Assembly (NCBI GenBank): GCA_965112635.1
Contig: OZ218778.1
Location: forward strand, 32,001-96,000
Source: an uncultured bacterium
Lineage (GTDB): Bacteria; Oederibacteriota; Oederibacteriia; Oederibacteriales; Oederibacteriaceae
Reading direction: 5' to 3'
Length of the DNA stretch: 64,000 bases
Both the position numbers and the translations under genes were made by a program. The first letter of the stretch is position 1. Each line of letters opens with the position of its first letter. The notes under the pieces were generated by a model. That model did not search any database, was not told the origin of the DNA, and was given only the letters and a program-made list of their open reading frames with translations. Positions 29,401 through 41,400 of this stretch are shown here, piece by piece.

Positions 29401-32400
29401 ACGCTGACCCCGGTGGCGCTGAAGGTGACCGAACCCTGGCTGTTGCCGAAATGGTTGCCGTTGAGGGTGAGGGTCTGGTTTTGGGCTCCCTGCCCGCGTG
29501 TCGCGGGGTTGATGCTGGTAAAGGAAGGCGGGGCGTTCACAATGAACAGGCCGCTGGCCGAGGTGGCCGTGCCCTTGTCGTCGTTGTTCAGGACCGTGAC
29601 GGTGGCATTGCCGACCGTGGCGCTGGAACAGTCGATATTGACCGTGATGGAGCCGCTGCCCCAGCTCGCAATGGAATTGACTAAGATACCGTTGTTGAAA
29701 GTGACGGTCCCGTTGGTCAGGCCGAAATTCGCGCCTGCGATGGTCACGTTCTGGTTGGTGGCGCCCTGGCCTCGGCTATTAGGCGTCGTGGAGGTAAAGC
29801 TGGGTTTGGCGTTGACCGTGAAAGCCCCGTTGTCGGTCCCCTGGCCGCCGTCCGTGCCGTTGACGACCGTCACGTTGCAGGCCCCCAGGGTCGCCGTGGC
29901 GGCCACGTTGAGGGTGACCTGGATAGAGGTATTGGTCCAGGTGCCGTAACTGACCACGCTGACGCCGGTAGCGCTGAAGGTCACGGTGCCTTGGGTAGTG
30001 CCGAAGTTATTGCCCGTGATGGTCACGCTCTGGGCCTGAGCACCCTGGCCGCGGCTGGCCGGGCTGATGCCGGTAAAGCTGGGCGCGCTGTTGACCGCGA
30101 ATAGGCTGTTCGAAGAGGTCGCCACGCCTTTATCGGTGTTGTTGGTGACCGTGGCCGTGGCCCCGCCCGTCGTGGCGTTGGTCAGGTCCAGGATCACGTT
30201 GATAGCGCTATTGCTCCAGCTGTTGATGGAGGTCACGTTGATGCTGTTGCTGAAAGAAATGGAGCCCTGGGTGGCGCCGAAGTTATTGCCGGTGATGGTC
30301 ACGCTCTGGCCCGTAGCTCCCTGGCCGCTGCTGCTCGGCGTGGCGGCAATAAAGCTGGGCTTGGGGTTCACAGTAAAATCGTTGTTAAAGGTGGCCACGC
30401 CCGCGTTATCGCCGTTGACCACGATGAGCGGGCACGACCCCGTGGCCGCGTTGGTGCCAAAGGAGACCGTCATCACCACTTGGCTGTTGTTCCAGCTGGC
30501 GTAGCCGGTCACGCTCACGCCCGTGGCGTTAAAGGTGACGGTGCCCTGGTTGGTGCCGAAATTCCCGCCGACCAGGGTCAGAGTCTGGCTGGTAGCGCCC
30601 TGGCCGCGGCTGGTGGGATTGATGCTGGTAAAGGTCGGGGCGGGATTGACCGTGAAGAAGCCGCTGGCCGAAGTGGTCTGGCCGCCGTTGTCGCCGTTGA
30701 CCACCGTGACCGTGGCCGCCCCGCTGGTGGCCGAGCTGCAGTCCAGAACGACCGTGATGGCCGTCGAGCTCCAGCTAGTGATCGAAGAGACCATGACCCC
30801 GTTGCTGAAGGTGATCGTGCCCGTGCTGTTGCCAAAATTGCCGCCGTTGACCGTCACGGTCTGGCCGGTGGAACCCTGGCCGCGGCTGCTGGGGTTGGTA
30901 TTGGTGAAAGTTGGCGCGCCGTTGACCGTAAAGACCCCGGCGAAGGTCGCCTGGCCCTGGTTGCTGGAGTTGTAGATTGTGATACTGCCGGCCCCGCTGG
31001 TGGCGTTGCTGGCCACGTTGATGGTCAGGGTAATGCCTGTGTTGTTCCAGCTGGTATAGCCGGTCACGCTGATGCCGCTCGCCCCAAAGGTCACGACCCC
31101 CTGGGTGTTGCCGAAATTGTTGCCGGCGATGGAAATGCTCTTGTTATTGGTCCCCTGTCCGGCGTAGTTCGGGGTGGCGCTGGTGAAGGTCGGGGCCGGG
31201 TTGACCGTAAAGAAACCGGCGGCTGAGGTGTTGACGCCGGCATCGTCGTTGTTGGATACCTGGACCGTGGCCGCTCCGGCCGTGGCGCTGGTCAGGTCCA
31301 GCTTGACCAGGATGGCGGTATTGGACCAGGTCTGGACCGAGGTCAATCCGATATTGTTGCTGAAGGAGATAGTCCCATTCGTCGTCCCAAAGTTACTTCC
31401 CGTGATGGTCACATACTGGCCCGAGCATCCCGCGCCCAGACTGGCCGGCTGGGCCAGGGTGAAGCTGGGTTTGGGATTGACCTGTAAAGTCGTTGCTGAA
31501 GGTGGCCTGGCCCGCATCCTGTCCGTTGACGACCTGGATGGAGGTTAGGCCCAGGGCCGCCGTGGAGGCCAGCGACACGGTCACCTTGATCTCCCCGTTG
31601 CTCCACAGGGAGTAACCGCCCACGTTGATACCGGGATTGGTGAAGGAAACACTGCCGCTGCCCTGAGTGGCCCCGAAATTATTCCCAAGCAGGTCCAGGG
31701 TCTGGTTGGTCGCGCCCTGGCCGCGGCTGGACGGCAAAATACTGGTGAACGAAGGCGCCGCGTTGACGGTAAAAAGACCGCTGACCGAAGTGGCCTGGCC
31801 GGCATTGTCTCCGTTGACCACGGTCACGGTCGCCGGCCCGGCTGTGGCGCTGGTCAGGTTCAAATTGACCGTGATGGCGCTGTTGCTCCAGTTGGTGATG
31901 GAGGAGACCACGATCCCGTTGCTGAAAAAGACCGCGCCCTGGCTGTTCCCAAAATTGTTCCCGTCGATGATCACGGACTGTCCCGAGGAACCGATACCGC
32001 GGCTGCTGGGATTGGTGTCCGAGAAGGTCGGCGCCGCGTTGACCGTGAAAAGCCCGGAGAAGGTCGCCTGGCCGGCGTCCGAACCTTTGACGATGTTCAC
32101 GGTGCTGGACCCGACTGTGGCCCCGCTGGCCACGTTGATGTTGATCTGGATGGAGGTGTTGGTCCAGGTCCCGTAGCTGGCCACGCTGAGGCCTGCGGAC
32201 CCGAAGCTCACCGTGCCCGTGATATTGCCGAAGTTGGAGCCGGTGATGGTCAGGCTCTGGGCCGAGCTGCCCTGGCCGCGGCTGCTGGGAGTGATCAGGG
32301 TGGCCGAGGGCGCGGGGTTGACCGTAAAGACGCCCGTAAAGGTCGCGCTGCCGTTATCCGAGCCGTTGGTCACGGTCAAATTGGAGATGCCGGTGGCCGC

Positions 32401-35400
32401 CGAGGAGGAGATGTTGGCGGTCAGGGTGATGGCCGTGCTGCTCCAGGCCGTGTAACCGGTCACATTGATGCCTGCCGTGCTGAAAGAGACCGTCCCCTGA
32501 ACGCTGCCGAAATTGGTCCCGCTGATGATAAGGGTCTGGTTGTTGGCGCCCTGGCCGCGGTTGTTGGGGGTGATGCTGGTAAAGGTGGCGTTGGGATTGA
32601 CCGTAAAGAAACCGCTGGCCGAAGTCGCCTGGCCAAAATTGTCGCCGTTGATGACCGTCACGGTGGCCGGCCCGGCTGTGGCGCCGGAGCAGTCCAGGGT
32701 GACGCTGATGGAGCTCGTGCCCCAGCCATTGACCGAGGAAACGACCACCCCGTTGCTGAAGTTGATGGAGCCTGTGGCCACGCCAAAGTTGGTGCCTACG
32801 ATGGTCACGGTTTGTCCGGAGGACCCTTGGCCGCGGCTGCTGGGAGAGCAGGAGGTAAAGGTCGGCGCGCTGGCCACGGAGAACACGTTGTTAAAGGTCG
32901 CCTTGCCCGCGTCCGTGTTGTTGTAAACCGTAATATTCCCCAGTCCTGTGGGCGTAGCGGAACCGATATTGACCGTCAGCACGATCTGGGTCGCGTTCCA
33001 GCTGGAATAACCGGTGACGCTTACCCCGGCCGCGCTGAAGGTGACCACCCCTTGGCTGCCGCCGAAATTGCCTCCGTTGAGCGTGATGGTCTTGTTTAGG
33101 GCTCCCTGACCGAGGACATTGGGGTTCATATTGGAGAAAGAAGGGGCCGGATTGACCGTGAACATCCCGCTGGAAGTGCCTGTGCCGTGGTCCGTGGCGT
33201 TGGTGACCGAGATGGTGGCGCTGCCGGCCGTGGCCGCGCTGCAGTCGAGGGTCACGAGGATGGAGTTGCTGCTCCAGCTGTTGATGGTGGTGACCCCGAC
33301 ATTATTGCTGAAGTTGATCGTTCCGGTGGAGGTGCCGAAATTACTGCCTGTGATGGTCACGGACTGGGCCGTGGCGCCGATGCCTCGGCTGCTGGGCGTG
33401 CAGGCTGTGACGCTGGGCTTGCCGTTGACCGTGAACTGATTGGCAAAAGTGGCGGTCCCGGAGTCTAACCCGTTGGTCACGGTGATATTGCAGGTGCCCT
33501 GGGTCGCGTTGCTGGCGATGTTGGCCGTCAGCACGATCTGGTTGGTGCCCCAGCTGGTGTAACCCGTGACGCTGATACCCACCCCGCTGAAGACCACGGT
33601 TCCCTGCGTGTTGCTGAAATTGGTGCCCACGATGGTCAGGGTCTGGTTGGAAGCGCCTTCGCCGAGGTTGTTGGGGGTGACGCTGGTGAAGGTCGGCCCT
33701 GGGTTGATGGTGAATATCGTGCTGGAGGAGTTACGGCCGTAATCCACGCCGTTGATGATAGTGACCGTCACCGGCCCCGTGGTCGCGCTGGAGCAGTCCA
33801 GGGTCGCCTGGATCGAGCTGGTCCCCCAGGTCACGCCGGTCACGTTGATGTTGTTGCTGAAAGTAATGGTCCCGGTGGAGCCGAAATAGTTGCCTCCGAT
33901 GGTGACGACTTGGCCCTGAGAACCCTGGCCTAGGCTGGTCGGGCTGGCGGAATTGAGGCTCGGTTTGAAATCCACGATGAACTGGTTGTTAAAGGTGGAT
34001 TTCCCGCCGTCTTGCCCGTTGGTGATGGAAATATTGCAGCTGCCCTGGGTCGTGGTCGGGCTGATATTGACCGTGCAGTCGATCTCATTGGAGGTCCATT
34101 TGGTGTAACCGGTCACGCTAATGCCCGCCGCGCTGAAGGTCACGGTACCCTGGGTATTGCTGAAATAATTGCCGTTGATGACGAGGGTGACACCCTGCGC
34201 TCCCTGGCCCACATTCGCGGGATTGATCGAAGTAAAGGTCGGCGGATGGTTAACCTGGATGCCGTTATAAATAGTGCCGACGCCCGAGCCGCTCCCCGTA
34301 GCCGCTGTGACGGTCAGGGTAAAGTAGCCGTAGGCCGCGCCGCTGGACACGCTGGCGGTCAGGGTGATGGAATTGGCGCTCCAGGCCGTGGGCAGGCCCA
34401 GGGTGATGTCCGGGTCGTCCGTGATGATGGAGCCGGTCGTGGCTCCGAAATACCCGTCAGGATCAAAGAGATTGATGACGACATTGTTGGCCCCCTGGCC
34501 TAGCCCCGTGGGATTGACCACGGTATGGCTGTTGGCGTTGGGCTTGGGCACCACATAAAAGACGGGCGAGGTCGTGGTCTGGCCGGAATTATCTCCGTTG
34601 ACGATGGTCAGGGTCCGGTTGGCCGACCCGGCCGTGGCCGCGTTGCTGGCCACATTAACGGTCATGGTAATAAGGGTATTGCTCCAACTGTAGTTGACTA
34701 CCGTGACGCCGGTGCCGCTGAAAGTGACGGCCCCCTGGTTGCTGCCGAAATTACTTCCGGCTACCGTGACCGTGGCGCCGGTCGCGCCCTGGCCCAGGTA
34801 AGCCGTAGCCCCGCCGTTGATGGTGCTGAATACGGGCGCCGGAGCGACCTGGAACTTCCCGCTGACCCCGCCCACGCCGCTGCCGCTGGCTGTGCCGGCC
34901 GTAACGGTCAGGGTATGGTAACCCACGGTCGCGCTGGCCCCCACGGTGGCCGTCAGGGTGATGGAATTGGCGCTCCAGGCCGTGATGGAACCCAGGGTCA
35001 CGTTGGGATCGTTGATGACCACCGACCCGGTGCTCGACCCGAAATAGCCCGCCGGGTCGAACAGGTTGAGGGTGATGTTGGAGCAGTTGATGCCCAGCGT
35101 CCCTGGGGTGATGACCGTGCTGCCGGTAGAGTTGGGTTTGGGCACCACGTAGAACACGGCAGCCGTGGTGATCTGGCCGTTATTATCGCCGTTGACGATA
35201 ATCAGGGTCCGGTTGGGCGTGCCCGAGGTGGCCGCGGCCGGGTCCACATTGACCGTCAGGACGATGCTGTTGGGGCTCCATGCGTAGTTGGTGATGGTGA
35301 CCCCGCCTCCGCTGATGGTCACGCTGCCCTGATGGGTGCCGAAATTACCGCCGGAGATGGTCAGGGTCGCCCCAGTGGCGCCCTGGCCCAGGAAAGCGTG

Positions 35401-38400
35401 GTCGATGCCGCTGTAGGTCGGCGGCAAGGCGATCTGGAACTGGCTGTAAGCGCCGATGCCCGAGCCGCTCCCCGCGGCCGCCGTGATGGTCACGCTGTAA
35501 TACCCCGTGGCCGCGCTGTTGCTGACCGTGGCGGTCAGGGTGATGGAGTGGGCATCCCAGGCCTGGATGGTGTACGGCCAGATATTGGCATTACCGGTAG
35601 CCTGGTCCAAAAGCAGGGACCCGGTCTGGACCCCAAAATAACCGTCGGGATCGAAAATATTGACCGTGGCGTTCGTCGCTCCCTCACCCAGGGAGACCGG
35701 GGTCATCACCCCGTGGCTCCCAGCATTGGGTTTGGGCACCACGTAGAACGCGCTGCCCGTGACCAGTTTGCCGCCATTGTCCCCGTTGGTGATGGTCAGG
35801 AATCGGTTGGGAGAGGAGGCCGTGGCCGCGGCCGGGTCCACGTTGACCGTCAGGACGATAAGGCTGGGGCTCCAGTTATAGTTCGTGACCGTGATGCCGC
35901 CGCCGCTGAAGCTCACGGTCCCCTGGTTGGTCCCAAAGTTACTGCCGTAAATGGTCAGCTGCTGCTGGGTGGCGCCCTGGCCCAGGTAGTTGAGGTTGGC
36001 GGAGTTGGTGATGCTGACAAAAGTGGGTGCGCTGACGATCTGGAACTTGCTGAAGGCGCCGATGCCCTGGCCGCTGCTCGTCGCCGCGGTGATGGTCACG
36101 CTGTAATATCCCGGTACCGCGCTGCTGCTCACTGTGGCGGTCATCGTAATGGAATGGGCGTCCCAGGTCGTGGGGTTATAGGCCGTGATATTGCTGTTCC
36201 CCGTGGCTGAATCGAGCAAAAGCGAACCCATGCTGGAGCCGAAATAGCCGTCCGGATCGAACAAATTGAGCGTGGCCGTGGCACCCTGTCCGATGCTCCC
36301 TGCAGTCATCACGGTGTGGTTGTTGGCGTTGGGTTTGGGCACCACGTAGAACACATTGCCGGTGGTGACCTGTCCGCCATTGTCTCCATTGGTGATCGTG
36401 AAGGTCCGGTTGGCCACCGCGGATGTAGAGGCGGCCGGGTCCACGCTGACCGTCAGGACGATCTGGCCGCTGCCCCAGTTGTAGTTGGTGATGGTGATGC
36501 CGCCGCCGCTGATGCTTACGGTGCCCTGGTGCACGCCAAAATAACTCCCGTTGATGGTGAGGGTGGCCCCCGTGGCCCCCTGGCCCAGGTAGCTCGGACT
36601 GCTATTGTCATAGGTCGGCGGCACTGCGATCTGGAACTGGTTGAACACGCCGATACCCTGCCCGCTGCTCGTCGCTGCCGTGATCGTGACCGCATAGTAT
36701 CCGACCACCGCCGAACCGCTGATATTGGCTGTCAGGGTTATGGAATGAGCGTCCCAGGCCTTGATGTTATACGAGGTGACATTGGAATTGCCCGATCCGG
36801 CGTCCAGAAGAAGCGACCCTATATTGGCCCCAAAATACCCGTCAGGATCAAAGAGGTTTATGGTCGCCCCGGAAGCGCCCTGCCCCACTGCCGCAGGGAT
36901 CATGATGGTGTGGTTGTTGGCGTTGGGCTTGGGGACAATATAAAAGATCGGGCTAGTCGTCAGCTGGCCGTCGTTGTCGCTGCAAAAGATGGTCAGGGTC
37001 CGGTTGGGGGACCCAGCTGTGTTGGCACTGGGGTCCACATTGACGGTCAGCGTGATGAGGGTGCTGCTCCAGACCGTGTTGGTGATGGTGATGCCGCCGC
37101 CGCTGAAAGTCACGCTCCCGGCGCTGCCGAAATTAGTCCCCACGATGTTGACGGTTGCGCCTGTTGCGCCCTGGCCAAGATAAGCCGTGGCCCCTCCGTT
37201 AATAGAGGTAAAGGTCGGCGCGCCGACCACATGAAGGAGGTTGAAATAACCCACCCCGCTGCCGTTGTTAGGCGAGGCAGTAATGGTCAGGGCGTAGTAG
37301 CCCAGCACCGCCGTGCTGCTGACCGAGGAGGTCAGGGTGATGGAATTGGCGCTCCAGCGGCTTACCAGGTAGCTGGTGAAATTAGTGTTGCCGCTGGCGG
37401 CATCTAATAGAACAGTGCCGGTATTGGACCCGAAATACCCGTCAGGGTCAAAGAGATTGATGGTCGCCCCTGACGCGCCCTGCCCGATATTGGCCGGGGT
37501 GACCACGGTGTGGCTGCCCGCGTTTGGCCGCGGGATAACATAAAATTCATTGGGAGTGGTCAATTGGCCGCCGTTATCCCCGTTGATAATGGTCAGGGTC
37601 CGGTTGGGCGAGGAACCTGTCGTGGCCCCAGTGGCCACGTTGACGGTCAGGACAATGGTCGTGCTGCTCCAGCTGTAATTGGTAATGACAATACCGCCTC
37701 CGCTGAAGATCACGCTCCCCTGGCTGTTGCCGAAATTGCCGCCTTGGATGGTCAGGGTGGCAGCGGTCGCGCCTTGGCCCAGGAGGGGATCACCGTTGAC
37801 GTTCTTGACCGTGTTAAAGGTGGGCAGGCCGACCACTTGGAGTTGGTTAAAGGTGCCGACCCCGGCGCCGCTGGCGCTAGCTGCCGTGATGGTGACCGCG
37901 TAGTAGCCGGTCACGGCCGCGTTGCTCACCGTGGCGCTGATGGTGATGGAATGAGCGTCCCAGGCCTGGATCGGGTAGCTGTTAATGTTGGCGTTACCCG
38001 TGGCGGTGTCTATCACCAGGGAACCCGTGGCTGCACCAAAATAACCGTCAGGGTCAAAGATATTGATGATTTCGCCGCTGGCTCCCTGCCCGACCGAGAG
38101 AGGCGTGATGACCGCGTGGCTTCCCGCGTTGGGCCTGGGCACCACATAGAACACGCTGCCGGTGGTCAACTGCCCGTTGTTATCCCCATTAATAATAGTA
38201 AGGCTCCGGTTCGCCGAACCCGAGGTCGTCGCCGTCGAGGCCACATTTACGTTCAACACGATCTGGTTCGGACCCCACGAATACACCGTGTCCGTCACGT
38301 CCCCGCCGCCGCTGAAGATAACTGTCCCGGTCTTGACCCCGAAATTGCTGCCATATATAGTCAGTTGCTGGTTCGTCGCGCCCTGGCCCAGGTAGTTCAA

Positions 38401-41400
38401 GTTCGCCGTATTCGTAATGCTCACAAAGGTCGGTTTAGCGGCTACCTGGAATCCGTTATATGCTCCCATCCCGGACCCATTTGCCGCTGCAGCCGTGATG
38501 GTCACTGCGTAATACCCCGCGACCGCGCTCCCCGCCACGGTCGCCTGCAAAGTGATGGAATTGGCGCTCCAGTTCTGGATGGAATAGGAAGTAATATTGG
38601 CGTTCCCTGTCGCTGCATCCAGCAGCAAAGTCCCCGTATTGGACCCGAAATATCCGTTGATGTCATACAGGTTGACCGTCACCCCGCTGGCTCCCTGGCC
38701 CAGGCTGCTGGGTGTCATCACCGTGGTCCCGCTGGAGTTGGGCCCGGGAACCACGTAGAACACATTGCTTGTCGTGAGCTGCCCTTTGTTCCCGCCGTTG
38801 GTGATGGTGAGGATCCGGTTGGGAGAACCTGAGGTCGCGGCGTTCGTGGCCACGCTGACCGTCATCACAATGGAACTGTTGCTCCATGTGGGATAACCCG
38901 TCACGCTGAGTCCTGTGCCGCTGAAGGTCACCGTGCCGGAGCTCCCCAGACCACCCCCCGAAATGGTAAGGGTGGCATTGGTCGCCCCCTGGCCCAGGTA
39001 ACTCTGGCTGAGACTGCTGTAGCTGGGGCCGTTCACCACCTGGAATGAGTTGAAATATCCGACCCCTGCCCCGCTCGCCGTGGCCGCTGTGATGGTGACC
39101 GTGTAATAACCCGTCCCTGCGCTGTTGCTTACCGTGGCCGACAGGGTGATGGAATTGGCGCTCCAGTTCTGGATGGAATACGAGGTGATATTGGCGTTGC
39201 CTGAGGCGGTATCAAGCTGGACCGACCCGGTGTTGGCCCCAAAATAACCGTCAGGGTCAAATAGATTGATAATAGAGTTCGAGGCGCCCTGCCCGACGGA
39301 ACTGGGCGTCATCACCGTATGGCTGCCGCCGTTGGGCTTGGGCACGATATAGAAGATGGGGCTCGTCGTTAACTGGCCCAGGTTATCGTTATTGATGATG
39401 GTGATGGTCCTGTTAGGCGAGCCCGCGGTGTTGGCAGCGGGGTCCACGTTGACGGTCAGCGTGATGAGGGTGCCGCTCCAGACCGTGTTGGTGATGGTAA
39501 TGCCGCCGCCACTGATGATGACACTGCCACCGCTTCCGAAATTCGTCCCCACGATGTTGATGGTCGCGCCGGTCGCACCCTGGCCAAGGTAGGCCGTGGC
39601 CCCTCCGTTAATAGAGGTAAAGGTCGGCGCGCCGACCACATGCAGAAGGTTCACGGAACCTATCCCGCTGCCGTTGTTCGCGTTGGCCGTGAGGGTCACC
39701 GCGTAATAGCCCTGGACCGCCGCGCTGGCCACCGAGGCTGTCAGGGTGATGGAATTGGCGCTCCAACGGCTCACCAGGTAGCTGGTAAAGTTGGTGTTCC
39801 CACTGGCCGCGTCCAGCAACACCGTGCCGGCATTGTTCCCGAAATACCCATCAGGATCAAAGAGGTTGATGGTCGCCCCTGACGCGCCCTGGCCGATATT
39901 GCCCGGGGTGACCACGGTGTGGCTGCCTGCGTTCGGCCGAGGGATGACATAGAACTCGTTAGGGGTGGTCAGCTGGCCGCCGTTATCCCCGTTGAGGATG
40001 GTCAGGGTCCGGTTGGGCGACCCGCCGGTCGTGGCATTGGACGCCACGTTGACCGTAAGGACTATAGTGGTATTGCTCCAGCTGTAATTGGTGATGACAA
40101 TGCCGCCTCCGCTGAAGATAACGCTTCCCTGGCTGTTGCCGAAATTACCCCCATCGATGGTCAGGGTCGCGCTGGCCGCCCCCTGGCCCAGAAGGGGATC
40201 ACCGTTGATATTCTTGATGGTGTTGAATGTAGGCAGGCTGGACACGCGCAACTGATTAAAGACTCCGACCCCGGCTCCGCCGCTCGCGGCCGCCGTGATC
40301 GTCACCGAATAATAACCGGTATTAGCGCCGTTGCTGACCGTGGCGCTGATAGTGATGGAATGAGCGTCCCAGGCCTGGATCGGGTAGCTGTTAATGTTGG
40401 CGTTGCCGGTGGCCGTGTCGATGGCGAGCGAACCCACCCCATTGCCGAAATAACCGTCAGGGTCAAAGATATTGATGATCTGGCCGCTGGCTCCCTGGCC
40501 CACCGAGGACGGCGTTATCACGGTATGGCTCCCGCCATTGGGCCGGGGCACCACATAGAACACGCTGCCGGTGGTCAACTGCCCGTTGTTATCCCCATTA
40601 ATAATAGTAAGGCTCCGGTTCGCCGAACCCGAGGTCGTCGCTGTCGAGGCCACATTTACGTTCAACACGATCTGGTTCGGACCCCACGAATACACCGTGT
40701 CCGTCACGTCCCCGCCGCCGCTGAAGGTCACGCTCCCGGTCTTGACCCCAAAATTACTGCCATAAATAGTCAGTTGCTGGTTCGTCGCGCCCTGGCCCAA
40801 GTAGTTCAAGTTCGCCGTATTCGTAATGCTCACAAAGGTCGGTTTAGCGGCTACCTGGAATCCGTTATATGCTCCCATCCCGGACCCATTTGCCGCTGCC
40901 GCTGTGATGGTCACCGCGTAATACCCCGCGACCGCGCCTCCGGCCACGCTCGCCTGTAAAGTGATGGAATTGGCGCTCCAGTTCTGGATGGAGTAAGAGG
41001 TGATGTTCGTGTTGCCCGGTGAATCCAGCAACAGGGTCCCCGTATTGGACCCGAAATATCCGTTGATGTCATACAGGTTGACCGTCACCCCGCTGGCTCC
41101 CTGTCCCAGGCTGAGAGGCGTCATCACGGTCGTTCCGCTCGTATTCGGACCCGGCACCACGTAAAAGACATTCCCGGTGGTGACCTGGCCGCCGGTGGTT
41201 CCATTGATGATGTTAAGGGTCCGGTTGGCGGAAATAGAGGTCGTGGCATTGGAGGCCACACTGACATTCATGCTGATAGAACTGCTGTTCCAGGAGTTAT
41301 AACTGGTCACACTGACCCCGCTCCCGCTGATGGTCACGGTCCCGCTGCTCCCAAATCCTCCTCCAGAAAGGGTGATCACCGCGTTGGTCGCTCCCTGGCC

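Noticed and set aside
31484-31517. ATG at 31517 as a genuine start for segment 2
   Set aside because: Its first residues (MRARPPSATTLQ) are an off-frame reading of segment 1's repeat, and no signal peptide follows.
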